Assembly: GCA_951406725.2 (NCBI GenBank)
Contig: OX597820.1
Coordinates: 88,226,001 to 88,290,000 of the forward strand
Direction: 5' to 3'
Source: Octopus vulgaris
Taxonomy: Eukaryota
Length of the DNA: 64,000 nt
In this document: one piece after another, positions 37,710 through 51,543 of the stretch
Numbering within the stretch: the first letter of the stretch is position 1
Layout of the letters: every line of letters starts with the position of its first letter
Notes under the pieces: model-generated
Seen by the model: only the letters and a program-made list of their open reading frames with translations
What the model was told of the DNA's origin: nothing
Database searches by the model: none
Position numbers and translations under genes: made by a program

Positions 37710-38158
37710 ATAATCGACTCTTCAAAGCCACAGTCGAACCAATTCTACTATATGGCTCAGAAACCTGGACGTTATCAAAGAAGCTTGAGAGGCGATTGGA
37801 TGGGACCTACATTCGCCTCCTTATGAGAGCTCAAAATCTCTCGTGGAAGCGCCATCCAACCAAAATGCAAATATATGGAAAACTACCACCTGTGTCATCT
37901 CTTGTGAAAGGTAGGAGAGTCCAGTTTGCTGGACATTGTTGTAGAGCTGAAAAAGAAGTAATTTCTACTCTTCTCCTCTGGAAGCCATCTACTCGCAATA
38001 CCAGAGGGCGCACACTCTCCTACCCTGATGTAATCTCCAGGGATACATGCATCCAGCAACAGGACCTCCGTAATGCCATGATGGACCGTGAAGTCTGGCG
38101 TAGCATGGTAAATTCCATTGTCTCGACCACGGTCGAACAATGATGAATGATGATGAAG
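37710..38158 (+). mobile_element. RTE-group LINE 3' end, little diverged
   Basis: Open frame LFKATVEPILLYGSETWTL...FAGHC-RA...LLLW-P...AMMDREVWR; (TGA)n tail. Confidence 0.9.
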
Positions 38159-38479
38159 GATGAAAGGTAAGGTCGATCTTAGCAGGATTCGAATTCTGGA
38201 CGTAACTGAATACATGGCATTTGACCTATCTACTGTTTGTGCCACTCAGTAACTATATAATCAAATCTCTACATGTCACTGGACCCTCAAGAAATAGCAA
38301 CCAAACGTCCCTCTACTCACATCCGACTGTCTTAAAAATTCGAAGAACACGGAGGATATCGTGGTGCAAGACGGGATAGCCACAGCTGGAACGTTTTTGA
38401 ACGTCTTGGGATAAACTACCACTGCTGCTGCTACTTCTGTTGCTGCTGCTGCTGCTGCTACTACTACTACTACTACTAG

Positions 38480-38532
<53 letters not shown>

Positions 38533-38659
38533 TTACTACTACTACTACCACCACCATTGTTTCAGAATTAAAAAAAAACTCTTTGGAACCTGTTTAGCAC
38601 CATTGATTACATAAAACAGCAAAACCAGAAAATAAATAAATAAATAGATAAGTAAAACT

Positions 38660-38970
38660 GGAAAATGGTTTATTTACAGGAATGTAGTTAAGTTTGATTT
38701 TCTAAAAGCTTTTGATCGTAGAGCCTTAGATCATCAAATGTTATATACAAAAGCCTCAGGAAACTGGAACAGAAACCGAATGCTTCATAGCATATTTAAA
38801 TCAAAGAAACGAAATCGTAAAAATCACTGACACAAACAGATATAAAACGAAGATAACAAGTGCGATGTTCCTAAAAGTAGCTCTCTCGGGATTTTGCAAT
38901 TTATAATTTATGTCAATGATATGCTTGTTAGTTTTGACAGCAAATAATTCTTTAGACTTATGATACAACT
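38660..38970 (+). mobile_element. Decayed L2/CR1-type RT fragment
   Basis: DF-KAFD...DH-ML, VP--S-LG---F-IYVNDM. Confidence 0.55.
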
Positions 38971-39155
38971 TTGCTTTTTGTTTTCTTTTTTATTCTTCTT
39001 ATTACGAAAAATAAATAAATGGAATTTATAAAAGAACATTTAACATAAATCCTTCACTCGATTCACCAATTTGGTTTGTTGATAACAGAATGTCAATGTA
39101 CACTGAATCGACTGAATACGTTTTCTTTGGATCAAAGGAAGTCATAAAAAAGAAA

Positions 39156-39248
<93 letters not shown>

Positions 39249-39249
39249 C

Positions 39250-39391
<142 letters not shown>

Positions 39392-39622
39392 GTGGCTGTG
39401 TGGTAAGTAGCTTGCTTCCAACCACATGATTCCAGGTTTAGTCTCACTGCGTGGCACCTTGGGCAAGTGTCTTCTACTATAGTCTGGGGGTAGACCAATG
39501 CCTTGTGAATGGATTTGGTAGACAGAAACTGAAAGAAGCCCGTCGTATATATATATGATAGATCGTTAGCCACTACACACAATTTTTTTCTCTCCTTGTT
39601 TCTCTCCTTTTTTTCTGCGTCC

Positions 39623-39658
39623 CTTTCTGTAGAAGAGCGTAGGCTCGAAACGTAAAAG
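39623..39658 (+). ncRNA. Degenerate minimal hammerhead-like motif
   Basis: CUUU-CUGUAGA-A-GAGC(GUAG)GCUC-GAAACGUA-AAAG. A6 is substituted and helix III is only the palindrome ACGU. Confidence 0.45.
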
Positions 39659-40326
39659 ACTTTTTCTATTCCTGAGCGTTATACTAATACATCTGTTTGT
39701 TTTGTACACCACCTGTCTTCGTCTTTTGTTGTTTTTTTCGTAAATTCTCCATATATATATATATATTATATATACATATACATTTTATTCATTAGTCGAA
39801 AAACACCTGTTGTTAATATCCAGTTATTTGCATTTGTATTTGTGTGCCATTTCTCCGTTTTTTATCCCCGTCCTTGTTTTCGTATACATTCGTTACTTTC
39901 TTCCAAGGAATCTAGTTCTCTTAGCTTAGCTTTTCCATGGGGCAGGCCAGATTGGAGCAATCTTGAGTATAACCACCCGAAATTGCAAAGATAATCTGAA
40001 ACTCGACTGAGGGAAGAAAACTCCAAATGAGCCGTCCTTGTTTTTTTCTTGTCTTTTTTTTTTGTATCGTCTAACTGTCTGGATATTTTGCGTTCTTGTC
40101 CCATTTTTTGTATTCCTTTATATATATATATATATATATATACTCTTTTACTTGTTTTACTTGTTTATTTAACTGCGGCCATGCTGGAGCACCGCATTTA
40201 ATCGAGCAACTCGACCCCGGGACTTATTCTTTGTAAGCCCAGTACTTATTCTATCGGTCACTTTTGCCGAACCGCATCGGTTGTCAAGCAATGCTAGAGG
40301 GACAAACACAGACACACGAACATATG

Positions 40327-40387
<61 letters not shown>

Positions 40388-41264
40388 GACAGGCATCTTT
40401 CAGTTTCCGTCTACAAAATCCACTCACAAGGCTTTGGTCGGCCCGAGGCTATAGCAGAATACACTTGCCCAAGATGCCACGCAGTGGGACTGAACCCGGA
40501 ACCATGTGGTTGGTTAGCAAGCTACTTACCACACAGCCACTCCTGCGCCTATATAAATACATTTATTTATTTATATATGTATATGTACACACACACACGC
40601 GCGCACACACAAACACTCGATAATGAGATTCATTCACATTCACCGCGAGGTGCTTTTACAGTTGTTATTTATCCCTGTGTAACTGTTAATCTTTTTCTCA
40701 GTCCTGTTTTTTATTTTTTATTTTTATTTTTTTACATTTTAATTCTATATCCCGCCTCCCCATCACCAATTTTGTGTTACAGTAAGAGATCAGCTCAGAT
40801 CGATTTACATGCACTGAAATGTACAACCTCCTGTCTAGGTTTCCTTGCTTCACGTAAGTTTTCTAGGCCACGCAAACGATCAGGTTTCATGGTAACTCAC
40901 ACACGATCATTGAGCCGTTTCAGGTGGGCTGTGAAACATTAGGGAGCGTGGATGGACAGGTGGACAACATAGCTTACGAGCAGCTGAGAAGTGAACAGCT
41001 TGTCTCCCGTGATCGACTTTGCGTTGTATATGCGACAAGGACATTTAACTCTAAGATGGCCAAGTATGCAAATATGTACGAGAGGACACGAAATGCGACC
41101 ACTCAAAGCAGTGGTAGCCTCTTAAATTTGGCAAGGCGTCTGTTAGTTTGAAGTTGCAGGAGTTTGGGATTAACGGGTAAACTGCTGGTTGTCATGAAGT
41201 CCCTACAAATGCTCACATGTTTGTATTCTGGTAAATAGTGCTAAGTCGAAAACCGTTCAACGTA

Positions 41265-41468
41265 CGAGGGGGTGCTGAAATGTTCCTGGCTTTAAGAGTA
41301 TCGCGAAAGGCCCGGATGGAGGCACAACCTTTCGTGTTCTTTTTACAGGGCTTAGAAAAACTGATGGACCGTTATTCTGAGAGGGGAGTATGTTGAATAA
41401 AATCATAATTAACTGATCCTTCAGTATTTTCGTTTACCAAAAGCCAGAAACTTTTCAGCACCCTCTCG
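41265..41468. mobile_element. Mariner-derived MITE
   Basis: TIRs cgagggggtgctgaaa.gttcctggctt; inserted at TA inside an RTE. Confidence 0.85.
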
Positions 41469-41606
41469 AAGGTGGGGGCTTCGGCTGAGGCGCAAATTTG
41501 TCACCTCACTTTTTCATAATTTTTATGAACTAGATTGACATGCGCAGACGTTATGGAAATAATGATATTTACTGACGACATGGTGCTATTTGGTTCATCA
41601 GAAGGT

Positions 41607-41930
41607 GAGGGCGCGTGGCTTAGTGGTTAGGGCATTCGGCTCATGATCGTAAGGTTGTGAGTTCGATTCCCGGCGACGCGTTGTGTCTTTGAGCAAGACA
41701 CTTTATTTCACGTTGCTCCAGTCCACTGGCAAAAATGAGTAGTACCTGTATTTCAAAAAAGGGCCAACCTTGTCACACTCTGTGTCACATTGAATCTCCT
41801 TGCGAACTACGTTAAGGGTACACGTGTCTATGGAATGCTCAGCCACTTGCACGTTAATTTCACGAGCAAGCTGTTCCATTGATCGTATCAGCTGGGACCC
41901 TCGTCGTCGTAACCGACGGAGTGCTCCTTG
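41607..41930 (+). mobile_element. tRNA-derived CORE-like SINE family D. Related pieces at 5965-6295(-), 15497-15630(+), 23050-23190(-)
   Basis: A box TGGCTTAGTGG, B box GAGTTCGATTCCC, ttgagcaagacactttatttc core; interrupts an RTE reading frame. Confidence 0.85.
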
Positions 41931-42919
41931 ATCTCCAACAAGCACTGATTGGGTTCGCTGCCGAGTGAGAACTGAGGCGTTGGTCTTCTGAAGAAAGTTT
42001 TCCCCGTGCACCCTGCACGTTAGTGAAACATCACTGAGGCAAGTGAAGAAGTTCTAGTATCGAGAGGTCATATCCAGAGTGACGGGGAGCTGATTGCTAG
42101 AACTGTAGATGCTGGATCAGTAATGCGCTAGTTCCAGCATTTGATTTTTAGAGAAGGTGAGGTTGGAGAAAAATCCAAACGTGCTATCATCAATTCGGTT
42201 TTTGTGACTATCCTCACCAATGGTCATCAATGTTGGGTAGTGACCGAAAGAATTCGATCGCGAATACAAACAGTCGAAATGGGGTTCCTCCGGAGGATCT
42301 CTGGAGTAACGTTCGTAGCTCAGAGGTTAGGGAGTCTTTCCAGATCGAACCGCTACTTCTCCGCATTGAGATGTCACAACTACGGTACTGTGGGCAGGTT
42401 ATCAGAATATCGAAGGAAAGAATCGCATGACGGATTCTACAAACCAAACTGACCGGCAGAACCCAAGGAGGTAGACCAAAGAACGAGGTGGCTGGATAAT
42501 ATATTTTTTATCTCAGTTGGTCATGCATGGGGATTCATACAGGAAATGACGGTAATGACGGTTGCTTCTGATAAGACCTTATGGAGGAGGTACCCACACG
42601 ACCCTTTCAGAAACAGTTGACGAAGATGATGGATGGATGGATGGACGCACATACATACATACATACATACATACATACATACATACATACATACATACAC
42701 ACATGCATACATACATACACACACACATACATACATACATACATACATACATACATACATACATACATACATACATACATACATACATACATACATACAT
42801 ACACATGTGCACAAATATACACACATATACACTCATACGCACATTGTACCATTTTATTTATAAAGACAGTCGGATATAATTTGAAGGTGATTTGACTGTT
42901 ATTACTAACAGGTGGAGCA

Positions 42920-43290
42920 ACTATGGAAAGGCGCTCTCGTTGGTCCAGTTCTTAGATTTAGTCCAGACCTTTAGAAGTGAAAAGAATTGCTTCCCAGCAA
43001 ATTTGTTGAAACGTGGATGAAAGTAGCCAGTGAATGAACCAATTCTGAGCATACGTCTGTTGAGTGGAGGAGGACAACTGGCCAGGGTGACGAGATGGTT
43101 TTGTTGGGTTTCCACCTGTAGCCCTCGGAAGTCTAACCACAATGGGATATATTTATGTTATCAACATTTTATTATCACCATACTTTTTTTTGTTTGCATT
43201 TTGTTTACACCTCAAAACTCAATTTTCGTACCCCATGTCCTTGCAATGTCCTCGTTTTTTATTTTGTGTGAGCCCTGGTGGCTAATAAAA

Positions 43291-43293
<3 letters not shown>
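42920..43293 (+). mobile_element. Related Tx1-like LINE 3' end running into (ATC)n
   Basis: LPSKFVETWMKVA / NEPILSIRL aligns with the 56.4-kb ORF end; terminus gccctggtggctAATAAA. Confidence 0.6.
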
Positions 43294-43328
<35 letters not shown>

Positions 43329-43341
43329 ACTTATTATTATT

Positions 43342-44330
43342 AAGGCGGCGAGCTGGCAGAATCGTTAGCACGTCGGGCGAAATGCTTAGCGGTATTTCGT
43401 CTGTCGTTACGTTCTGAGTTCAAATTCCGCCGAGGTCGACTTTGCCTTTCATCCATTCGGGGTCGATTAAATAAGTACCAGTTACGCACTGGGTCGATGT
43501 AATCGACTTAATACCTATGTCTGTCCTTGTTTGTCCGCTCTGTGTTTAGCCCCTTGTGGGTAATAAAGAAATAGGTATTTCGTCTGCCGCTACGTTCTGA
43601 GTTCAAATTCCGCCGAGGCCGACTTTGCCTTTGATCCTTTCGGGGTCGATTAAATAAGTACCAGTTACGCACTGGGGTCGATATAATCGACTTAATCCGT
43701 TTGTCTGACCTTGTTTGTCCTCTATGTGTTTAGCCCCTTGTGGGTAGTAAAGAAATAGGTATTTCGCCCGTTGTTACGTTCTGAGTTCAAATTCCACCGA
43801 GATCGACTTTGTCTTTCATCCTTTCGGGGACAATGAAATAAGTACCAGTTGAATACTGGGGTCGATGCAATCGACTTGCTTTTCCCCCAGAATTTCAGGC
43901 CTTGTGCCTTTAGCAGAATGGATTATTATTATTAATATTCAGCCGGCGAGCTGGCAGAAACGTTAGCACGCCGGGCGAAATGCTTAGCAGGTATTTCGTC
44001 TGCCGTTACGTTCTGAGCTCAAATTCCGCCGAGGTCGACTTTGCCTTTCATCCTTTCGGAGTCGATTAAATAAATACCAGTTACGGACTGGGGTCGATGT
44101 AATCGACTTAATCCGTTTGTCTGTCCTTGTTTGTCCCCTCTGTGTTCAGCCCCTTGTGGGTAGTAAAGAAATAGGTATTTCGTCTGCCGCTACGTTCTGA
44201 GTTAAAGGTCGAATTTGCTTTTCATCCTTTCGGGGTCGATTAAATAGGTACCAGTTGAGTACTGGACTCAATGTAATCGACTTAACCCCTCCCCTGAAAT
44301 TGCTGGCCTTGTGCGAAATTTGAAACCAAT
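43342..44330 (+). mobile_element. SINE B trimer (43342-43925) followed by a dimer (43942-44330)
   Basis: Junctions aaagaaata|ggtatttcg at ~43573, 43757 and 44173. Confidence 0.9.
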
Positions 44331-45454
44331 AACTTTATTGTTAAAGATGATAGCAGAACGGTGGTTAGGCAGAATTCAGAGACTGATGAATAGTGACTAG
44401 AGTTTGCGGCATTCATTTACGGATTTCGTGTTCAAATCCAACCACGGTCAATTTTGCCTTTCATCCCTCGGAGGTGTGAGGTAGGGGGTCGATAAAAGTG
44501 AGTACCAGTCAAGTACAAAAGTTGATATCGATTGACATCCCTCCCCTTAAACATGTAGCTATTTTCCTATGAAAAAAGATATTAAAAATATAGTAGAGTG
44601 GGTGATTTACTAGTCATTTGGTTGCTATTTCTCACAGGTTGGGCGACCACACAGTAGATTCGTTCAGTGTCCCAGTAATACTTAGAGAATTATTTAATCG
44701 CTTACACTGTCGTTCTCACAAAATAACCAATTATATATACATTGTATAACACTGTAGGTATGTATATATACTATCTACGCCTCGTTAAATGCATGGTTAG
44801 CGACAACAGTTCATTCGCTGCCCCGGTTTTGTTGTACTCACACACTGGCGTCCATGACTATTTTTTTTTACACCTGTCGTGCAAAGAAAGCTTTATTAAA
44901 CAGCAGGAACAAGAAGTAACACGAATCATACCTCTAGATGGTTTGTCGGTCTACCAGAAGGAGCAGCCAAATCTCACTCAAATCAGGAAAATAAGTAAAT
45001 AAATAAAAAAGGCTGAGAAGAATAAAATGCACGAGCAGGATTGTCTCCGATCATAAATGGTTGGTTGATCTGCTGGGGCTGAAAGGAAACAGTGTGCGAA
45101 AGAGGGAGATTTTTTTTTATTAGATTGGGCGTGTAAACTGCTAGATATAGCAGCGAAATTTCCTGAAATTCACGTTTACTGTCTTTAAAAAGAGAAGGAA
45201 GGAACAAAGAAGTAACAGACATTGGGATAACAACAAGTCTCTCCAGTATGGAATAAAATAAGTGAAGAAACAACGCGAAGACAGGCTGGTTTGATAAAAC
45301 CAGAACGTCGTATGGAAGGTTAACATGGGACTAAGGGACATCTTCATCATCATCATCATCATTATCAAAATCATGTCACCACCACCACCACCACCACCAT
45401 CTTCAGCAGTAGATTGCATCAGCAGCAGCAGTTGTTGTCGTCGTAGTCGTAGTC

Positions 45455-45489
<35 letters not shown>

Positions 45490-45789
45490 TGTAGCAGCAG
45501 CAGCAGCAATAGTAGCAGCAACAGAAGAAGGAAAAGGCAGCAAGCAGCAGTTAAAACATTCACATCTGTTGTGCTAGGTGTCGTTTATTCGGTGCTGTGA
45601 CCTGGATTTGGAAGAAGCTGCTGCTGCTGCTGTTGTTGTCGTCCATATCAGAAGAATTCCACCATTCAACTAGTTGACGAGGAATCGCCTGGTTTTCCCC
45701 TCGGCACCCAGCACCAAGCAACACCACCACCACCACCACCACCACCACCATCACCACCACCCATTCTGAAATCAATATTTATTACAATT

Positions 45790-45820
<31 letters not shown>

Positions 45821-46039
45821 ACACAAACACACACACAAACACACACACATACACACACACACACATACACACACACACGCACACGCACACACACACGTCA
45901 TTTGTAGACAAATGAAGAAGAAACGAACGAATGAACGAATTCTCAACATAGAATCTGCGACTACGGTGGAAGGCAATTCCTAAAAATAATGGTGAGGTGG
46001 CGGTGGTGTCCAAAAACTATCTCTCACCCCGCCACCATT

Positions 46040-46531
46040 AACTACCACAATCGCCATGAACACCACCACCACCTTCACCACCCCATCATCATCACAACCA
46101 CCACCAACACCACCACCATCATCATCACCACAACCGTCATCATTACCACCCACCACCACCACCACCACCACCACCATCATCATCACCACCACCATCATCA
46201 CCACCACCACCATCACCACCACCACCTCCATCACCACCACCACCACCACCACCATCATCACCACCACCATCATCACCACCACGACCACCACCATCACCAC
46301 CACCACCTCCATCACCACCACACCACCACCACCATCATCATCCTCACCATAACCATCATCATCACCACCACCACCACCACCATCATCCTCACCACCACCA
46401 TCATCACCACTACCACCATCATCACCACCACCACCATCACCACCACCACCACCACCACCACCACCACCATCATCATCACCACCACCACAACCACCATCAT
46501 CATCACCATCACCACCATCACCACCACCAAC

Positions 46532-46565
<34 letters not shown>

Positions 46566-46675
46566 TCATCGCCACCAATAATCACCCACACCATCAGCAA
46601 CCCCACTCCCTCCTCCACTTGTTGGCAAGGCACATCGTCGTTCTCCACCTGCCACCACCACCACCACCACCACTT
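46040..46675. repeat. Long compound (CAC/CAT)n trinucleotide tract
   Basis: About 630 bp of CAC/CAT triplets. Similar low-complexity tracts at 32210-32530, 36360-36680, 38420-38556 and 45340-45550. Confidence 0.95.
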
Positions 46676-46926
46676 GGACCTCTCTGACACACTCAATGAA
46701 GAAATGTGAATAGAAATCGATAGACCAGCATAAAAGACAAAAACATTGACTGCTAAGACAGCTGGTATTGGTGGCTTTGGGAGCGTCGGTGACGTTGGTA
46801 ACGTTGGAGGCTTTGGCAACGATTGCGATGTCAGCGACGTCGGTGGTGATCGTGCAGGATGCTAGCAAATGCAACGTCTACACAAAGTAGCCAATTAACT
46901 AGCTACCCCGCCCCCTCTCTCTCTCC

Positions 46927-46969
<43 letters not shown>

Positions 46970-47002
46970 CACTTTTACTCTATAACAATCTACTTCTGTT
47001 TG

Positions 47003-47065
<63 letters not shown>

Positions 47066-47127
47066 ATCTATCTATCTCTTTCTATCTATCTCTTTCTATC
47101 TATCTCTTCCTATCTATCTTTTTTCGG

Positions 47128-47214
<87 letters not shown>

Positions 47215-47945
47215 CAACGAGGCAACAAAGCCACGATTAGGTCCCTGACAGATGAGCAGGTGCTCGAATTACTCGAGCCTGAAAGGATGTGTGAGTCCTT
47301 TCAACAACACTTTGCCCGACTGTTCGGGACAACTGGTGGGTCAGAACGCAGAGTGGACTTTAGTGCCTACCTGCATAGCCTACCACGACTCTCGGCAAGA
47401 GAGGCGGAGTGTTGTGAAAAACCTATCACAGCCACGGACGTACGGGATGCGATGGGAGGCTGCGAGGGAGACAAGTCGCCAGGCTTGGATGGTCTGCCCT
47501 ACGAACTTTATTGTCATATGTCAGACTTGTTTGGAACGTCTTAGCAGCTGTCTACTGCAACTGGCAGCAAAACGGGAATATGGCCATCCCTGTAAAGCGA
47601 GGAGCGGTGGGACTGCTAAAGAAAGATCCAAACAAAGGGAACATCATAGATAACTTCAGGCCCATCACTCTGCTCAACGCAAACTTGAAGATTTTGGCCA
47701 AGGTGTTAGCTGACAAGGCGCAAACGTGCACCGTGCCGGGTAGGAGTATCCATGACAACCTCCATCTGATGTGCTACACCATAGACAGGGCAGTTAAGGG
47801 ACCTGGCATGGGTGGGGCGCTGATCAATTTGGATAAATCAAAAGCTTTCGATAGGGTAGACAATCACTACATGGAGGCTGTCCTTAGAGCGGCTGGTTTC
47901 CGTCCCATCTTCCGCGGTTGGATAGCTGCCTTATACAGATGTTAG
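47215..47945 (+). mobile_element. Tx1/L1-clade LINE RT fragment
   Basis: [52 protein letters not shown]; frameshifted; 5' junction in (TCTA)n. Confidence 0.9.
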
Positions 47946-49180
47946 ACATCTGCCACTTCCACTGTTTCCGTCCAACAAATTTCATTCTTAAAGCGTTGTT
48001 GACCCTAGTGCTATGATAACACTTGCCCAAGTAACTGCGCATCGCAATTGAACCCACAGCTACCTAACTGCCAAGCGACTGTCCTCACCAGGTACATCGC
48101 AGCGGGCTTTGAAGTGAGTTTGAAAGTGAGATGAAAACATTTTTCTCTAATGACAAAATCTAAGATAGAAAAAAAAAAGACAAGATGGCTACAACCATGA
48201 CGTCCTTGGCAATTGGACACCTTGACGATGATTACATTGTAGTTATCAATAACAATAACGGTAATGGCAATATTAATATTTTGTCTGGTAGGAGAATAAT
48301 TAATATGCCGGGTGAAATGCTTAGCGGCATTCCGTCCGTTTTTACGTTCTTAGCAGGCAAAAATGTTACGACACCAGGCACAATGTTTGGTGACGTTTCA
48401 TCCATCTTTACATTCAAATTCCGAGTTCAAATACCGCCGAGGCCGACTTTGCCTTTCATCTTTTCGGGGTCGATAAAAAAGTACCAGTTGAACACTGGAG
48501 TCGATATAATCGATTGACATCCTCCAACCAGCTTGTTGTTCTTGTGTCAAAATTTGAAAGCAATTTTCTGCCTGGTGACTAATTTGGGTGCGGTGATGGA
48601 AGAACCATAAATTATATATAGAGAATTATGTCGTTGATTTAATCGGCTAACTCTTCCTCATAAAATGGCTGTTCCTCATAAAATGCCTATATTAGAAGTA
48701 ATTAATTATAGGATTTTATGGAGTTTTATTTCATAATTATTTCTTTCAAAGATAATAACACCTGTGATCAAGGGAATTCTTTGGTTGTTGAGGATTTACG
48801 CTTTACGTGCGGGCTTGATTGTGTTGTGAGAAGTTTACTTCCCAACCACACGGTTCCAGGTTAAGTCCCATAGCGCGGCACCTTGGGCAGGTGTCTTCTA
48901 CCGTAGCCCAAGGCTGACCAAAGATTGTAAGTGAATTTGGTAGACAGGAACTGAAAGAAGCCCGTCGTATATATATATAAGTAAATATTTTAAAACTTTC
49001 AAAGATGTGAATGTAATATAAAAAGCAATATCTTTTTTTATTTTAAATAATTGCTAATAAGAAAATCAAATGAACAGCCTATTACTTGTCCGAGGTCAAA
49101 TTATTCATGCATCACAAGTATGAAAGCAAAGCAATTGGTGAAGCCGTTTTCGCGTGAAAAGTGAATACGTGCATAACTAG

Positions 49181-49301
<121 letters not shown>

Positions 49302-49364
49302 GTGTGTATGTATAAAAAATATTTTATAAGCTTAAAGCTTATAAGCGATCACCGTGCATTGATT

Positions 49365-49422
<58 letters not shown>

Positions 49423-49439
49423 ATATATATATATATATG

Positions 49440-49800
49440 TCGTTACTGTCCTGCTTTTGTTACCATTTTTACCCCTCCGCAAAAAAATCTCAAATTTTAT
49501 TTAATTTGATTTTCGCGGGAAGGAAAATTTCATTGAAGTCATGTATCGCCTTGACTTTCGAAACGTGAAGTAGATGAAATTAAGGCGACTGAAGAAGGGG
49601 AATTTTCCTTGTTTTGTATGTCCTGTACTCGTTGTTTTAAAAAAATGTCCATTTCCTTGGTTTTGTGTTTATGTTTTCGTTTCTCATTGTGTTCGACGTT
49701 TTTTTGGTGTCCTGTACTCATATATGCATGTATATATACATGTAGAGGTAGGTAAGTACATATATGTATGTATATATGCATATGTTTTATTTATTTATTA
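49440..49800 (+). repeat. Dispersed repeat embedded in (TA)n; second copy at 56640-57030
   Basis: Colinear similarity, including gttttcgtttctcattgtgttc and agtagatgaaa...actgaagaa. Confidence 0.75.
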
Positions 49801-49911
<111 letters not shown>

Positions 49912-50909
49912 AAAAGGAATTTTGTTAAATCTTCGTTCAGCTCCATTTCTTCCTACACTAAATATATAAAACTTCAAATTTCCGCACTAAGGCACGGATT
50001 TTAGGCCCCATGGTCGTAACCTCAACCGTGCTTTTTCTGTTGTGATTTTTGCTACCCAGGTATCGGTTATCATTTGAATTATCCGTAATAAGATAATTCA
50101 TTTATCTACTTCAATATATATATATATATAAGGTACATACATACACATATAAATATTGTGTTCGCGCGCGCGCTTGTATGTGTGTGTCTTTGTATTTGAG
50201 CCCCTCCCCCCACTCGCTTAACAACCGGTATTACATCCCCCGCAAGTTGGTGATTTGCTATGAGGACGAGAGAATAAGTACCAGGCTTTTAAAAAAAATT
50301 ATGTAAATACCAGGGTCGATTTGTTCGACTGAAGCCCTTCAAGGTGATGCCCCAGCATGGCAGCAGTTCAGCGACTGAAATCAATCATGGTTAAAAGGTA
50401 AAAAAATTGCAATATTTAATGTACAACCAACTGTAAGATGATTTAGTTTGAATACGTAGCCATAGGCCATTGCTTGAAGAAACCGAAATGACACATGTAT
50501 CAGTTGATTAAGTTACTCATAGTAGTTGACTGGGGGTGACTTAGCGTTATTAGAACCCTCAACTTTGTAAAAACCCAGAACTAATTGCGGCAAAAGCATC
50601 TTGTACCACGCTCTAACGATTCTGTAATAAGCACCAAAGAGGATTTTACACGCTTGAATGATTTCAGCACTATTAACAATATACCTCCCTGAAAGGGGGC
50701 GTAGTGTATCAACAATGTAAGAACAGGAAGTTGATTTAAAGTTTTACTCCTTTTCATTTTATCGTTCTCGTTTCGAATACGGTGATTAGAAATTAGGTAA
50801 CTTTTAGAGGGAACTGTACACAGTAATAAAAAAAAATAGAATTTCGGTCATTTAACACCATTCAACAGAGATGAATATACGAATTGCTGAGTCTGTGGGT
50901 TGTGTATGT

Positions 50910-51024
<115 letters not shown>

Positions 51025-51106
51025 CACACACACATTATGTGTGTATACATACATAATTGTGTATGATCTGAAGGCATACTGAAACGATACAGTGTTGAAT
51101 AGATAA

Positions 51107-51338
51107 AGGCGGCGAGCTGGCAGAAACGTTAGCACGCCGGGCGAAATGCCTACCCGTATTTCGTCTGCCGTTACGTTCTGAGTTCAAATTCCGCCGAGGT
51201 CAACTTTGCCTTTCATCCTTTCGGGGTCGATAAAATAAGTACCAGTTACGCACTGGGGTCGATGTAATCGACTTAATTCGTTTGTCTGTCCTTGTTTGTC
51301 CCCTTTATGTGTAGCCCCTTGTGGGTAATAAAGAAACA
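51107..51338 (+). mobile_element. SINE family B monomer. Other copies at ~1965-2180, 7368-7570, 11572-11755, 13675-14100, 23742-23962, 25027-25245, 44345-44570, 48285-48560, 52085-52277, 52850-52968, 62705-62890
   Basis: 13-bp TSD agtgttgaataga (51091-51103 / 51342-51354); B-box-like gagttcaaattcc. Confidence 0.9.
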
Positions 51339-51426
51339 GATAGTGTTGAATAGACTGCAGAAAATCACTAATACCCCATATACCCTTCTAGTGTTTTCAT
51401 GTTGTATACCTTTGTGTGTGTGTGTG

Positions 51427-51543
<117 letters not shown>

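Larger units (their letters stand above)
40990..42645 (+). mobile_element. RTE (Expander/Rex3-like) LINE remnant carrying a nested MITE and SINE
   Basis: SKPFNV|GVGL...DDMVL...|DLQ...GH-CWVVTERIRSRIQ-VEMGFLRRISG; (GATG)n tail. Confidence 0.8.

Noticed and set aside
41607-41680. tRNA gene
   Set aside because: A/B boxes are present but there is no matching acceptor stem or terminator, and the sequence continues into a SINE body found in several copies.
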